Origin: Malacoraja senta
Taxonomy: Eukaryota
Direction of reading: 5' to 3'
DNA length: 64,000 nucleotides
Assembly: GCA_038087875.1 (NCBI GenBank)
Contig: CM075988.1
Location: 12,526,001 to 12,590,000 of the forward strand
Shown here: positions 1 through 12,013 of the stretch, piece after piece
How the letters are laid out: each line of letters starts with the position of its first letter
How positions within the stretch are numbered: position 1 is the stretch's first letter
Notes under the pieces: generated by a model
Database searches by the model: none
Seen by the model: the letters and a program-made list of their open reading frames with translations, nothing else
Told to the model about the DNA's origin: nothing
Position numbers and translations under genes: made by a program

Positions 1-430
1 GCCACAGCTGTGAAGTTTGGCAGGCATTTAATATTACCGGTCGGTTATCCTTGGTTCTGAAAACTCGTGCTTACGGTTTTTTCCCCCAATGAGCCAATGA
101 AAATGACCGGTCAGCAAAGGCGATTAACTAAAACTACCAACGACTACCTCGACTACCCATAACTACATGGTGACCCCACTACAACTGCACCTACGACTAC
201 AGGATTATTGATTTTCTCCATGGCAACCAATTTTTGGTCGCAGAAAATTTTCCAACATGTTGAAAATTTGAAGCGACCATACTGAGGCTGCGACTAGTTC
301 CCAGAATGCGGGAACTCCTCGCGACCATGAAGGAGACTCACCAGAGACCACCAGCGAACAGGTGGCGATATTGTGGCGAGCGCAGAGTCTACTTCACTCG
401 CCTAAAAAGTCGCCAAAGTGGGACAAGGCC
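1..430. mobile_element. PIF/Harbinger-type MITE, right part (left end outside window)
   Basis: Ends in AAGTGGGACAAGGCC, matching the TIR of the other copies. Has CTACGAC-like repeats and the internal palindrome TTTTCCAACATGTTGAAAA shared with the 5251 and 39812 copies. Confidence 0.7.
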
Positions 431-865
431 TTCCAATATATTCTCTGCTTTGCTATTTTGTGTTCCATTTTCAATTGATTCTCATAGAATCTGTCATGCA
501 ATGGATTTACCTCACTACCCCAATGATTTCTCTCTGAATATGGTTACATTTATTGATCCTTATTCCGTAAGGAGTACTACGATTTTTTTTCTGGTGAAGT
601 AACTGAAGATTACTGTTGAACAACCTCTTTGACCCAGAAAAAATAAATTTACCATTGTGAATGCTGATATCCAAGGCAGGAAATTAATCCTTTTTTGCTG
701 TATTATCTATAATCTTTAATATCATTTACATTCAGTCTTTATTTGTTCTATGTTATTTAAATGGAATAGATATTTATCTTTACTTTAATGCACTGCTATC
801 TGTGCGTCAGTGAGAATCTTCAGTCTGATTGCTTAAAAGACACAATGTTCTACCAGCCCCCATTG

Positions 866-1085
866 TGTGGGACGGAACTACAGACGCTGGTTGACACTGA
901 AGATAGACATAAAATGTTGCAGTAACTCAGCGGGTCAGGCAGCATCTCTGGAGAAAAGGAATAGGTGACATTTCACGTCGAGACCGTTCATCAGTTTGAT
1001 GAAGGGTTTCTCCCCGAAACGTCAATTATTCCATTTCCACAGAGATGCTGCCTGACCCGCTAAGTTACTCCAGCGGTTTGTGTCT
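866..1085. mobile_element. Penelope-like element terminus, fold-back arrangement
   Basis: GTAACTCAGCGGGTCAGGCAGCATCTCTG is followed by its reverse complement. The sequence matches the 3' end of the GIY-YIG element at 30571-31478, and a degenerate hammerhead motif lies at the centre. Confidence 0.8.
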
Positions 1086-1205
1086 GTAGCGCCCTCTTGT
1101 GGGATCACCACAATCAAACTGAAGGAAAATAAACCCCACATCCAAATTTGCACAATGTCAGGAAGCACTTGTAAGCTAGGTGAACAGCTATAGTTGGTGA
1201 TGGTA

Positions 1206-1628
1206 CAGGTCCATCGCCGATTTTCCGGGATCCTTTGTTCCAGAGCCTTTCTGGATTATCCGTTTTGTCAGATCAACGGAGGTCATGGCCTCCTACAGGA
1301 GTCCAATGGCCCCGGAACAGTCTGCCTAGGTCGCCAGGGAGCCGAGATACCAGCCCGCAAAGTCGGCCTTGGAATTTGGCTATGAGAACGTACAGTATCT
1401 GTCGGCTCCGGCTGGGCCACAGTTCAGGAGCCCCGGCCACAGGGGGTAAATTCGACTTGCCAACCGGCGCGGAAGTCCCGATGAGGTAGAGATCGGCTGC
1501 CTCACCCAGACTAGGCGTTTCATTTTTGGGGGACTTCCAGGAGGGGATTTCAAGTGCGCTCTCATATTTTTGTCTGGACGAAAGGAGGTGCCGAACCACC
1601 TGGTGCTGGAAAATAGGCGGTGGACCTG
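1206..1628. mobile_element. Tc1/mariner/pogo (Tigger-like) MITE
   Basis: Imperfect ~24-bp TIRs CAGGTCCATCGCCGATTTTCC / GGAAAATAGGCGGTGGACCTG, flanked by TA on both sides (1204-05, 1629-30). Confidence 0.85.
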
Positions 1629-2545
1629 TAGTGAAAACAAAAAATGTTGCAACAATCAGCAGGTCAGGCCAGCATCTCAGATCCAAGAGTCATACAGCTC
1701 AGAAACAGGCTCTTGGTCCACTATGTCCATGTTGAACATCAAGCATCATTCCATACTATTCCCATCTACCAGCAAACAGCCGGCAGCCACCAATGTCTTG
1801 ATGATTAAAATGCTTGTCCCAGATGCCTAATATTGTAGTACCTTCTCCACAAACCCGTCAGACAGTGCATTCCACATTATGACTATCTGATTGAAAACAA
1901 TTATTAATTGTACAGTATTCCCTCAAAACCCTTTATTCCTTTACCCTAAACAATACCCTCTAGTTTTACATATCATCTGTGAAAAGGGAAACCGAGTTAA
2001 CATTTCAGGTCGAGGAATTGTGGGTTCTAAGTTGTGGACTAGGTCGGGGTGTATTGAACAAGGTAAAGGGGATATCTTTGACTGGGTGGTATCAGGGGGT
2101 ATCACAGAGATTTGTAGAGGTCGTCCGGTTAATGGGATAATGACAGCAATTAGAGGAGGATAATACTTACAAAGAAACATAAAATGCAGTGTTGGACATC
2201 ATCCTCAACTGGTCAGAGTGAAAGAAAATATAACTAAGATAATATCACAGATGGGTGTCTGACAGCAGAAATGGCCAAGGCTGATACTGACAGAAAAAGT
2301 GAGTAAATGCAGCTATAAAATTCAATCTTATGGAGACACAAGGAATTGCAGATGCTGGAATCTTGCGTTGAGCACAGTATGTGCTGGAGTGAATCAAATG
2401 CTTTGCCAACATCTCTGGAGGACAAGGATAAGCAACATTTTGGGTTGGAACCCCACATCAGACTCAATATTATGCCCAGTAAATTGCAATAAGCACAGGC
2501 GAAGGAGGGTTCTGTTCCTCAGGCAAGCGATGAGCCTCAATGTAA

Positions 2546-2917
2546 TGCCCCTGTCCCACTTAGGAAACCTGAACGGAAACCTCTGGAGACTTTGCGCCCC
2601 ACCCAAGGTTTCCGTGTGGTTCCCGGAGGTTCCCAGAGGTTTTTGTCAGTCTCCCTAATGTTCGAAAATGGTTTCCGCTTCTTCTATGTTCCGGCGATTA
2701 TTTCAAAAAATTCACAACCGGCCGCGACTAAAAATAGGTTGTCGTTATAAAAATCGGTAATTTTTTAGTTAAAGCCGGTTGCGATGCTAGTTGAAGGTGG
2801 TTGCCGGAGGTTGCAGGTAGTGGAAGGTAAGACCTCCCTGGTGGAATAAAACTGGGTGAAAAATAGGTCTTACCTTCCACTACCTGCAACTTAGGTTTCC
2901 TAAGTGGGACAGGGGCA
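2546..2917. mobile_element. PIF/Harbinger-type MITE
   Basis: Perfect 25-bp TIR TGCCCCTGTCCCACTTAGGAAACCT, flanked by TAA and TTA. A second copy starts at 16377. Confidence 0.85.
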
Positions 2918-3436
2918 TTATAGTACAGGAAGCCATAGAAAGACAGATCAGAACGGAAATGGGATGGAGAATAAATGTTGCAGATATAACCTCGTGCACG
3001 GTCACCATTGTGGATTGAGCAGTTTTTCCTTTTTTAACCTTTACCAATAATTATTTAGACACATATTGTCAACTGTTGTGACAAACAGTTTGCAATAACC
3101 TGTATTTTTTCTTTTAATAGAACCAACGTAGATAGTTTGAAAAGTTTCACATTAGATTCGCCTTGACACTTAATTCATAAACAAGTTAACACCACATTTA
3201 AAATGATGGTGCCAAACTGACACATGATTTAAAAAATAAATATATCAAAAAAAAGGCATTGAAAAGTACCGAAGAGAAAATGTAAGCACTGATTCCCTGG
3301 TTTGGTGTTTTAGCTGCCCCCTCCCTGTGTATGGTTGTCAACATTCAGTTTATTTAATGTCGAGGGGATTATATTGTAACTACCAGATTGGAAGAAGTAT
3401 AAGTGAATAGCTGCTTAACTTGGTATGTCTGTATAT

Positions 3437-4143
3437 CATAATCATAATAATTATAATCATACTTTATTAGCCAAATATGTTTTGCAACATACGAGGAATT
3501 GGATTTGCCATACAGTCATACCAATAAAAAGCAACAAGACACAAAAAATACATTTTAACATAAACATCCACCACAGTGACTCCTCCACATTCCTCACTGT
3601 GATGGAAGGCGAAAAAAAAGTTCAATTTCTTCCCTTCTTTGTTCTCCCGTGGTCAGGGGCTTGAGCCTTCCGTTAATGGGTCGATCTTGGCTCCCATAGG
3701 TGGCGGTCAGGCTCTCATAGCTAGGGCGAACAAGCTCCTGCATCGGGGGGATGTCAGCTCCCCGTGCTGGGCGATCGATCCAGGGGTCTGGGCTAGTCGA
3801 ACCTCCTGTGACTTTGGAGTTTACCGACATCGGTCTCTACCCGAGACTGCGAGCTCCTCGATGTTGAAATCCCCAGGCCGCAGTTGGAGCATCGATCCCA
3901 GGCCAGGGATCGCAGGCTCCCATGGTAAGTCCACAGCCCCGTGGTGGGGCTCAAAGTCTGTCTCAAGCAAGACACCAGCTCCATGATGTTAGGCCGCAGA
4001 GCGACCGGAGATACGATCCGTAAAATGATCGCATCTCCGGCAAGGCAAGAGATTGAAAAAAAGTTTACCCCGACCACCTCCCCCATCCCCCACATAAAAC
4101 AAACCAGAGAACATTAACACAAACTTTTTAAAACACACTAAAA
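3437..4143 (-). mobile_element. GC-rich non-autonomous retroposon, copy A (5'-truncated)
   Basis: Same motif order as 15468-16276 and 35264-36110. Ends in AATAAA plus a short tandem-repeat tail on the minus strand. Confidence 0.65.
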
Positions 4144-4144
4144 G

Positions 4145-4500
4145 TGGTGTTGTACCTCACTAGAAGAAGTGTTGTACTTCAGATGGTTGCATGGGAAAAT
4201 ACCATAAGAAGTGGAGTGGACTGTGGGGATGGGAGAGTAGTGAGTCACAAAGGGAATGTTTCCTTCCAACAGCTAAAAAAAGAAGATGATGTGTCCAGAA
4301 GTGCTCTCTCATTGGAGATAGTCCAAATTGTGATGGACCATCCATTGAAAATAGCGGGCGGTCAGGTGCAATGTGAGTACAAGGGGAACTCTGTCCTTGG
4401 TCTGGTGGGCTAGAGATGGTATGGGTAAAAGATTCAACCACGGGCACTGTCCATTCTGGCTGTAAAGAGGGAGACCTCTCAGAGTTATCAGCACAGTAAA
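4145..4500 (-). mobile_element. Degenerate Penelope-like ORF fragment
   Basis: Translation KDRVPLVLTLH matches KDRVPLVLTFH in the element at 30575. Confidence 0.7.
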
Positions 4501-5167
4501 TATGGCAGGGGCAATGGACTCCTGTTGGTTTTATAATGTACAAAAAATCAGGTAGATTTACTTTTCTTCGTAGTATATGCGTACTTGAGCATGAAACTTT
4601 TTTCTTAAATGATTCTGAGGTCCTCGTCTGTGATGTGTTTTGTGATTGACATTACAAGTTACATTGTTTTCCAATAATCTTTGCAGTTGACTGAATTCTA
4701 ATTGGATGATACCACAGTTAGATTGATTCAGTGTTTCATTTGTTAGCCTCATTAATTGACAAGATCATAATTGGTTTGAAGCTGATGAGAAAGCAGATTA
4801 CTGGCAATATCGCTCCAATTTGTGAAATTCCTCTTTCTACATTTAATAATGCTGCACTGATATTACAAAAACTGCTGTGGTCAGTAAAGATCTGTACAGA
4901 TTCTCATATAATTGCCGTGTGTAATACCTCTCAGTTCCCTGAGCTCATTCAATCAAACCTTGATGATTAAGCTGCCCTCTTGTGCCAGAAATAAGGTTTT
5001 ACCATTCCACCTGTGTTCACCCTTTTCTAAACAGCACTTCTCAACTGCTGCACTTGCAGCTATTCTTGAATGTAAGAAAATAATTAAAATTCAACTCCAA
5101 AATTAAAATGAATTTGAAATATTAATTACATGCAGTTTAACATTCCCCTGCTGTTTGTATATATATG

Positions 5168-6011
5168 TTTAGTTTAGTTTAGAGATACAGCGCGGAAACA
5201 GTCTCTTCGTCCCACCGAGTCCGGGCCGACCAGCGATCCCCGCACATTAACTGGGCTGCCCCACTTGGGCGACCTAATTGGCGAGTTTAGAATAGTTTAG
5301 GAGAGTTTGAAAAAATGACATGTTGAAGACCTCCTTCGACCTCCTTCGACTATGTTGAAGACCAGCTTCGACTAGCTACGACTAACTTCAGGAAAATTGG
5401 ACACCGAATAGCGGAGAGTGAAGACGATCTCCTTCAACCTCCCTTCGACTATGATGAAGACTATCTACGACTACCTTCGACTACCCTCGATTACCTATGA
5501 CTAACATGCCGACCTACTACAACCTTCTACGACTAAACCTACGGGTAAAAAAAATATTGATTTGTTTCCATGGCGACCTTTTTTTATTCACGGGCATTTT
5601 TTAACAAATTGGAAAAAATGCTGTGACCTAGCTGAGGCCTCGAGTACGCGGAGACCACTCTAGAGCATGAAGGAGAGTTACGAAGACCTCCTACGACCTC
5701 GTGTCGACCATGCTGCGAGTATGAGTCGAGGGCAAACTCACCAGAACTCGCGGATTAGGTCACCCAAGAGGACAGGCCCTTAATACTACCCCACACGCAC
5801 ATTAGGGACAATTTCCATTTATACCAAGCCACTTGACCAACAGACCTGTACGTCTTTGAGTGTGGGTGGAAACCGAAGATCTCGGAGAAAACCCACGAAG
5901 GTCACGGGGAACATGTACAAACTCTGTCCAGACAGCACCCGTAGTCGGGATCGAACCCTGGTCTCCGGCGCTGTGAGGCAGCAACTTTACCACTGTGCCA
6001 CTGTGTCGCCC
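5168..6011 (-). mobile_element. HE1-type V-SINE, interrupted by a MITE
   Basis: tRNA-like head (GGGTTCGATCC B box), V-domain TTCTCC...GGTTTCC.CCCACA..CAAAGAC, CR1-type tail and (TAAAC)n. Confidence 0.9.
5251..5780. mobile_element. PIF/Harbinger-type MITE inserted in a SINE
   Basis: Degenerate TIRs with TAA on both sides (5248-50, 5781-83). The uninterrupted SINE near 26770 reads CACATTAACACTA with a single TAA. Internal 7-bp CTTCGAC/CTACGAC array. Confidence 0.85.
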
Positions 6012-6679
6012 TATGTATTGAAGTTATTACCAAATATTGGCACATTGAAACTATAATCCCTAAAATGGATTGAATTTTTATTATCCCTTTCACCAATAAA
6101 TGTATTTTCTTTCATCAAGTTTGGTTCCACTAACAATTTTTAACTGCACTTGAGTGACCAACATTTTCCACATAAGATCGTTCCACTTTCCACAATAAAT
6201 AGTTCAAATTTTATCGACGGGGAGAATGCAGGGTAGTGTTACTGTAATGTATGTCTGGCATTATTGGGTAACATTCAGATGTTGAAGAACCTTTACCTTT
6301 CCGAAAGGTAGACACCAGCTTCCATGCATCCAATGAGTCCAGAATTAGATTAAGAGACTTGCTAAAGATTCAAGCAATGAATATGAGAACCTTCTCAGCA
6401 ACATGGAACACAGTGGTACCATATTCTGGATTTATCCATCAGTAATTTCCACATATTGCTAAGTATTAGATGATGGTCTTCAACTCATTTCACATATTCG
6501 ACTTGATATCTCTGCCCAATAATATCAGAAATATCTTTCAACAATAAAATATAAAATCTCATTTCAGGTTCCTTTTAAATTATATCAAAAACAGCTTTCA
6601 AAATAAAACACCACATTCAAGATACTCACAGCTCTTCATTGTGAATGAAGGATGGTTAATGAGAATTTGTCATTGTTGT

Positions 6680-6915
6680 GTGCAAGATGTAGCAGCCAAT
6701 TTATTCACTCCCCGATATCAAATGATCAGATAATCTGTTTCATTGTGATCTTGATGAATCGTCATCTCTGGACCAGAATGGCCCTGTTGCACCTTGATCA
6801 GTCATTGCCACCTGTGTAGGCACAAGGTGCGGGGTAGTTTGACCATGACAGTTGCAAGACGTCCCCTCCGACAATGCAGCACTCCTTAATGACAGTCTGG
6901 ATAACATGCTGAAAT
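6680..6915 (-). mobile_element. Old DeuSINE-like (SacSINE1/AmnSINE-type) fragment
   Basis: Minus strand has GGAGTGCTGCATTGTCGGAGG and AAACAGATTATCTGATCATT, resembling the Deu domain as I recall it. Confidence 0.5.
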
Positions 6916-7413
6916 CTCTTTTGCCCTCTCTTCACACTGCACTACACCCGAGTCAAGCTTTCTTTCAGAAAATAATATGTAATACCGACAGAGAGGAAAA
7001 TATTTCATTGGACACTGTAAATTGTGCTTTGTGGTAGAATTATAGCATGCTTGAAGAAATGGTGACTTGAGGGCTCTGATTCCCATAGACTTGTACCACT
7101 TGTGGTTTTTCTCAACTCATGTCCAGCTTTGGGTCGTTTAAATGACTGAAGATTTTTTTAAAGCATTTTGTTAAATAACTCGTAATCAGGATTGAACTTG
7201 GGTCTCTGGTGCTGTAAGGTAGCAACTGTGCCGCTGCGCCACTGTGCTATTCCTTCAAACTGTACATTAAATGATGTATTTGGAGTATTGTGTTCAGTTT
7301 TGGTCACCCTGTTTTTGGAAGGATTAATGATTAAGGATGACAGAAGATTTACCAGGATCAATTTTGATCAATTTCCCTCCTGGGATAAGTAAAGTTCTAT
7401 CGTATCGTATCGT

Positions 7414-7742
7414 CGGATGTTGCCTGGACTTGAGGGCCTGAGCTGTAGGGGGAGATTGGGCAAGCTGGGACTTTATTCCTTGGAAAGAACGAGGCTGAGG
7501 GGTGATCTTATGGAGATGTCCCAAATCCTGAGGGGAATAGATAGAGACTTTCACCCAGGGTGTGGGAGTCAAGAACCAGACGACATAGGTTTAAGGTGAG
7601 AGCAGAACGATGTAATATAAAGCTGCGGGGCAACTCTTTCACACAGAGGGTGGTAGGTATATGGAAGAGGAAGTAGTTGAGGTAGGTACTATAACAACAT
7701 TTAAAGGGCATTTGGACAAGTACATCGGTAGGAAAGGTTCAC
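7414..7742 (+). mobile_element. CR1 (HER1-like) LINE 3' fragment
   Basis: Translation MLPGLEGLSCRGRLGKLGLYSLERTRLRGDLME is typical of the CR1 ORF2 C-terminus. Confidence 0.85.
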
Positions 7743-7801
7743 AGTCTGAAGAAGTGTCCCGAAAGGTCTTTTCCGATTTGGCAATTTGTAACTTTCTATC
7801 C

Positions 7802-7880
7802 TAGTAACTAATATAGCGTAAGAGATATATTAGTTACTATTAATATATCTATTAATAGTAACTAATATAGTTAGTTACTA
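7802..7880. repeat. AT-rich alternating inverted repeat
   Basis: TAGTAACTAATATA occurs in +,-,+,- order, with 20-bp perfect arms at 7826-7869. Confidence 0.85.
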
Positions 7881-8048
7881 TTGATTCTCCAAGGGTGCCC
7901 AGGAAATCCTTGGAGGATCGGCCACTTGTCCAATTGTACGTATGCCTATTATGATAGGACTGCTAGCACCTGCAACAATGTAGCACTCCTGTGTAAAGAA
8001 TCAGTTGTGGAAAGAACCTAATTTATCCTCTAAACATTATTTCCCTTA

Positions 8049-8377
8049 AAGCCCTGTCCCACTGTACGAGTTCATTCAAAGAGTTCTCCCGAGTTTGCCC
8101 TGATTCGAACTCGGAGATTTACGGTAATGGCCACTCGTCGGTACTCGGGGCTCTCGTGGACATTTTTCAATGTTGAAAAATCTTCATGAGTCTTCCCGAG
8201 CTTACCTGCCGTTAGTGAGTCTTCCCGAGTACCTGCCGTTAGCGTTACGAGCCGCTAAGAGACGTCCCCGAGCTCCAGACGTACCCGCTACGTTCATTCA
8301 TCTGTGCTTACCACGAGATTGATTTTTTTTTAAACTCGGGAGAGCTCTTGAATGAACTCGTACAGTGGGACAGGGCC
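8049..8377. mobile_element. PIF/Harbinger-type MITE in a Rex1-type LINE tail
   Basis: TIR GCCCTGTCCCACTGTACGAGTTCATTCAA / TTGAATGAACTCGTACAGTGGGACAGGGC. TTA on the left; the right TSD is not clear. Confidence 0.85.
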
Positions 8378-8711
8378 ATCTTGGCTCGATTGTCATCATG
8401 TATTGTCTTTCCACTGACTGGTTAGCATGCAACAAAAGCTTTGCACTGTACCTCAGTACACGTGACAACAAACTAAAACTGAAACTGAAACTCTCACTCT
8501 TCCAATGATGTGATATCTCATAATTCAAAATGTAAAAAAATGTCTTATCAGTTTGTCAACAGAAAATCACCACCATAATTATTAATATATCAATGTTCTA
8601 ATTACCAAAACAATCCACTGTTTGGCCAACAATTGCAGACAAATTGTACATAGTGGGATCCCACAAAATCTTTTATGAAAGGAATACTGGATGGTGTTTT
8701 AGAAATGCTAG

Positions 8712-9120
8712 ATTCATCAAGTTATACAGTATGGAAACAGCCCTTCAACGTAACTTGTGCTGACCAACATGCCTATCTACACTAATCCCACTTGCTTGTA
8801 TTTGGCCCAAGTGGCTCTAAACCATTCCTTTCCATGTACCTGACCAAATGTCTTTTAAACATTGCATTTGCACCCGCCATGCCACCTCCCCTGGCAGGTG
8901 GTTCCATATAACTTTGCCCTTCAGATCCCCTTTAAATATTGCCCGTCTCAACTTAACCTATGCCCTCTGCTTTTAGACTCCTTTAGATAAAGACTTTGGC
9001 AATCTACCTTACATCTGCCTCTCATAATTTTATAAACTTCTATGAAGTCACTCCTCAGCCTCTTTTACTTCAGGGAAAATAGTCCTTGCCTACCCATGCA
9101 CTTATTATAACTCAAGCCTC
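8712..9120 (-). mobile_element. CR1 LINE 3' fragment
   Basis: Reverse complement of the CR1 3' end seen at 7414 and 45740, including the tail shared with the SINEs. Confidence 0.75.
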
Positions 9121-9149
9121 TATTTCCTCCCAAATCCAAATGTGAATAT

Positions 9150-9420
9150 TTATTTGATGGATAAATACTGACCACAAGACTTAGGCATGTTACCACGACT
9201 CATCTTCCAAATAAGGGCACGGAATCCTTTGTGTTCATCTAAGTTAGTAGAGGAGCATTTGTTTAATGTCTAATGGAAAGATAACACTTCCCATAACACA
9301 GCAGGCCTGCATTATTTCACAAGGAATGTCAGACATAATTTCTGTGCTCACGTTCCTGGAGTGAATTGAACTCAGAACATTTGGAATTGGAGATGAAGTG
9401 CTCTGCACTTAGCTGCAGCT
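9150..9420 (-). mobile_element. Old DeuSINE-like element with tRNA-like head
   Basis: Degenerate Deu-like body, with a GAGTTCAATTC B-box-like motif on the minus strand. Confidence 0.45.
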
Positions 9421-10699
9421 GGTATTGCCAAGATTGTTAAGTATATTGGACCAGGAAGAAAGACACGGCTGTTAGTTTTACACGCGTTACATTGTCGGAA
9501 TTTATTTTTTATAGCCTTTAAATATCAGTGCCAAATTATATGTTTTTAAGCTTCACTCCGCTATGTAACATTACATCTTGCAGACACATGTTTCATATTG
9601 AAATTGCTTCAACAGATGACCCTGAAATTAGACTTGTGCTGTGCTGTCCTTAAGTGCTGTGTGAATGCAGAAACGTTACATAAATATGTACAGGCAATCA
9701 GTAACATCGGAAACACGGTGTGAAGCAGGACTAAATGTTGTGCTCTGCTTCCAAAATTCTTCTCGTAAGAAGTTAATGGAATTGAATTTCAGAAATGAAA
9801 TACGATGCACAGCTGCCCCTGCTTTACCTATTCAGGGCTGGTGACAGGGATGAACGTGCTACCATCTGCTGAGGGGTGCGCTAATGTTAGTTGTTTGCAA
9901 AGTAGTTGGATTAAAGGGAACTTTCTTGCTTGCCAAAGCTATGAACCTTCATGATGAATGCTCTGCAATTAAAAATTTGGAGCAACATTCAATAACAGGA
10001 GAAGGCTTTAATTTCGCTTTCTGACTTTTGTAGATATTGAAACCGATCAAGTGGAAGCAAATCCTTGGCAATTATTTTGGGCTGTGTAAAACCACGTTTC
10101 TAAGTGCCAACCAATGTGCTAAGCCCCCGAAGAGAACACTTGCAATATCTAAAAAGAAGAAAGCCTCCATATTGAAAATAGTAGACCACGACAGGCAGAA
10201 CTGCGTTTTGTACCATACATCCTCACGTCACTCAAAATTGGACGTCCCCATGAATGTAAGCTGATCAGTCTTCGAAACATCACTCACTACTTCTCACTTT
10301 GGAATCAAAAACACAAACCCTGGCCATTCCCTCTTCTCCCCTCTCCCATCGGGGAAAAGGTGTAGACGTGTGAAAATGCACATCTCCAGATTCAGGGACG
10401 GTTTAGTCCCAGCTGCTATAAGGCAACTGAACCATCCTAAAAGCCCTGTCTCACGGTGCGAGTTGACCCACGAGGTATTCCGAGCGAAAGACTCGTGGTT
10501 GTGCACGAGATTCCAAGTGTATGATCAAGAGTTTAACTGAGTTCCCACGGGTATGACTCAAGTTTGCCGTTAACTGTCATTTCTGCGATGTTCCAAGTTC
10601 GTCTCCCGAGTTAACAAGTTCCTTTCCCGAGTTACTCTTGAGCCAACCTTCAATGAAGGTCTGTTTTAATAAGCAACATCTCTATCCTGCGGCTTTCAG

Positions 10700-12013
10700 T
10701 TAAAGATAGAATTCAGCGCGGCCGCATCTATTGATGTGACCTACAAAGGGAAAATGCGCACCGTCCAGTGCCAGAGCAGTTATACTGATGATTTGTTTGA
10801 AACACACATCACGTAGTTAGAAGACCAGCAGGCGGAGGTTTGCTATATTTTAATTGAATTTACTGCCAGGTCTACACACTGCGGGGAGACTGGAGATTAA
10901 ATCTTTGAATGTGCACGGATGCACACATCAGATTGTTGGGAGACGGAGCTCAGGGTTCGCCTCCTGAGATGCTTTGGTGCCCAGGCATGAGTTGAGGTGG
11001 AGGGAGGTTGGGGGGGGGGGGGGGTGGGTTCAGGTTAAACTCACCCATTTGACAGAGGCAGGGGATTACGAGGATCCAGCGAGACTCGGACTGCATGGAG
11101 AGCCGAGACTGCCCCGTTGGTGGCCAACTTCCCCCTGTCCTCCGTCGCCGCTCCCAGCCGGCCGGCAGGAGCTGTGCATGGAGCCCGCCACCGGAGTCGT
11201 GTCTGACTGCCTGGGCAGCCTGAGGGAGGCAGATGCACCCTGCCCGGGGAGAGGCCGCGGAGAGACTGCGGGGGGAGTACCTCACTCTGACTGATAGGGA
11301 GAGACAGAGGCACACACACACAGTGTGGAGTTCCTTTGACTGACTGTGTGTGGGTGTGGGGGGTGGGACAGAGAGAGAGAGAGAGACACACACACACACA
11401 GGCAGCGTGGAGTACCTTTAACTGTGTGTGTGGGAGAGAGAGACAGAGGCAGGCACACACACACACAACGGGCAGTGTGTACCTCAGTCTGTGTGTGTGT
11501 GTAGGGGAGAGAGAGATACAGAGACAGTGTGGACCTCTGACTGTGTATGAAGGAGAGAGGGGGAGAGGGACAGAGAGAGAGAGGCACAGAGGCAGTGTGG
11601 TGTACTTCGGCGTGACTGTGGGGGAGAGAGAAAGAGCGCACAGGACCTCGGTCTATCTGTGTGTGTGGGAGGGAAGAGAGACTAAGCAGAATACATCGGT
11701 CTTATTGTGTGTGGGGGGAGAAAGAGAGAGGTGGGGGGGAGAAAGAGAGAAATGGGGGGGAGACGTATATACACACAAAGCAGAGTTTTACTGTGTATGT
11801 GGGAGACACAGATGGACTTACACAGATGGACTTACCTCGGTCTTACTGTGTGTGTGAGAGGGGGAGAAAGAGACGTACACTCACAGAGTCTCTCAGCCTG
11901 TGTGAGAGGGAGGGAGGGAGAGAGAGACACACACACACACAAGGTGGACGTGAAATCTCACCTGCCTGTTTCAGTGACCGGTACCCGCCGCTAGTGAATG
12001 AAGACACCCCCAT
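10700..12013 (-). CDS. Hypothetical three-exon ORF inside the TIR element (12013-11962, 11290-11045, 10740-10700; 112 aa)
   Basis: Donors CAG|GTGAGA and TGG|GTGAGT; acceptors CTCTCCCTATCAG and TTTTCCCTTTGTAG. Both introns are phase 1, the frame is open, and ATTAAA lies at 10670-10665. No recognisable domain. Confidence 0.3.
11300..11940. repeat. GA/GT/CA low-complexity tract
   Basis: Interspersed (GA)n, (GT)n and (CA)n runs in loosely repeated units. Confidence 0.9.

Noticed and set aside
5325..5545. Array of short repeats resembling a CRISPR or coding repeat
   Set aside because: 7-bp degenerate units inside a MITE, with no unique spacers and no cas genes, in a vertebrate context.
10785..10803. 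CTGATGA…GAAAC hammerhead-like boxes inside the 2-kb element
   Set aside because: The intervening TTTGTTT cannot form helix II, and no helix I or III is evident.
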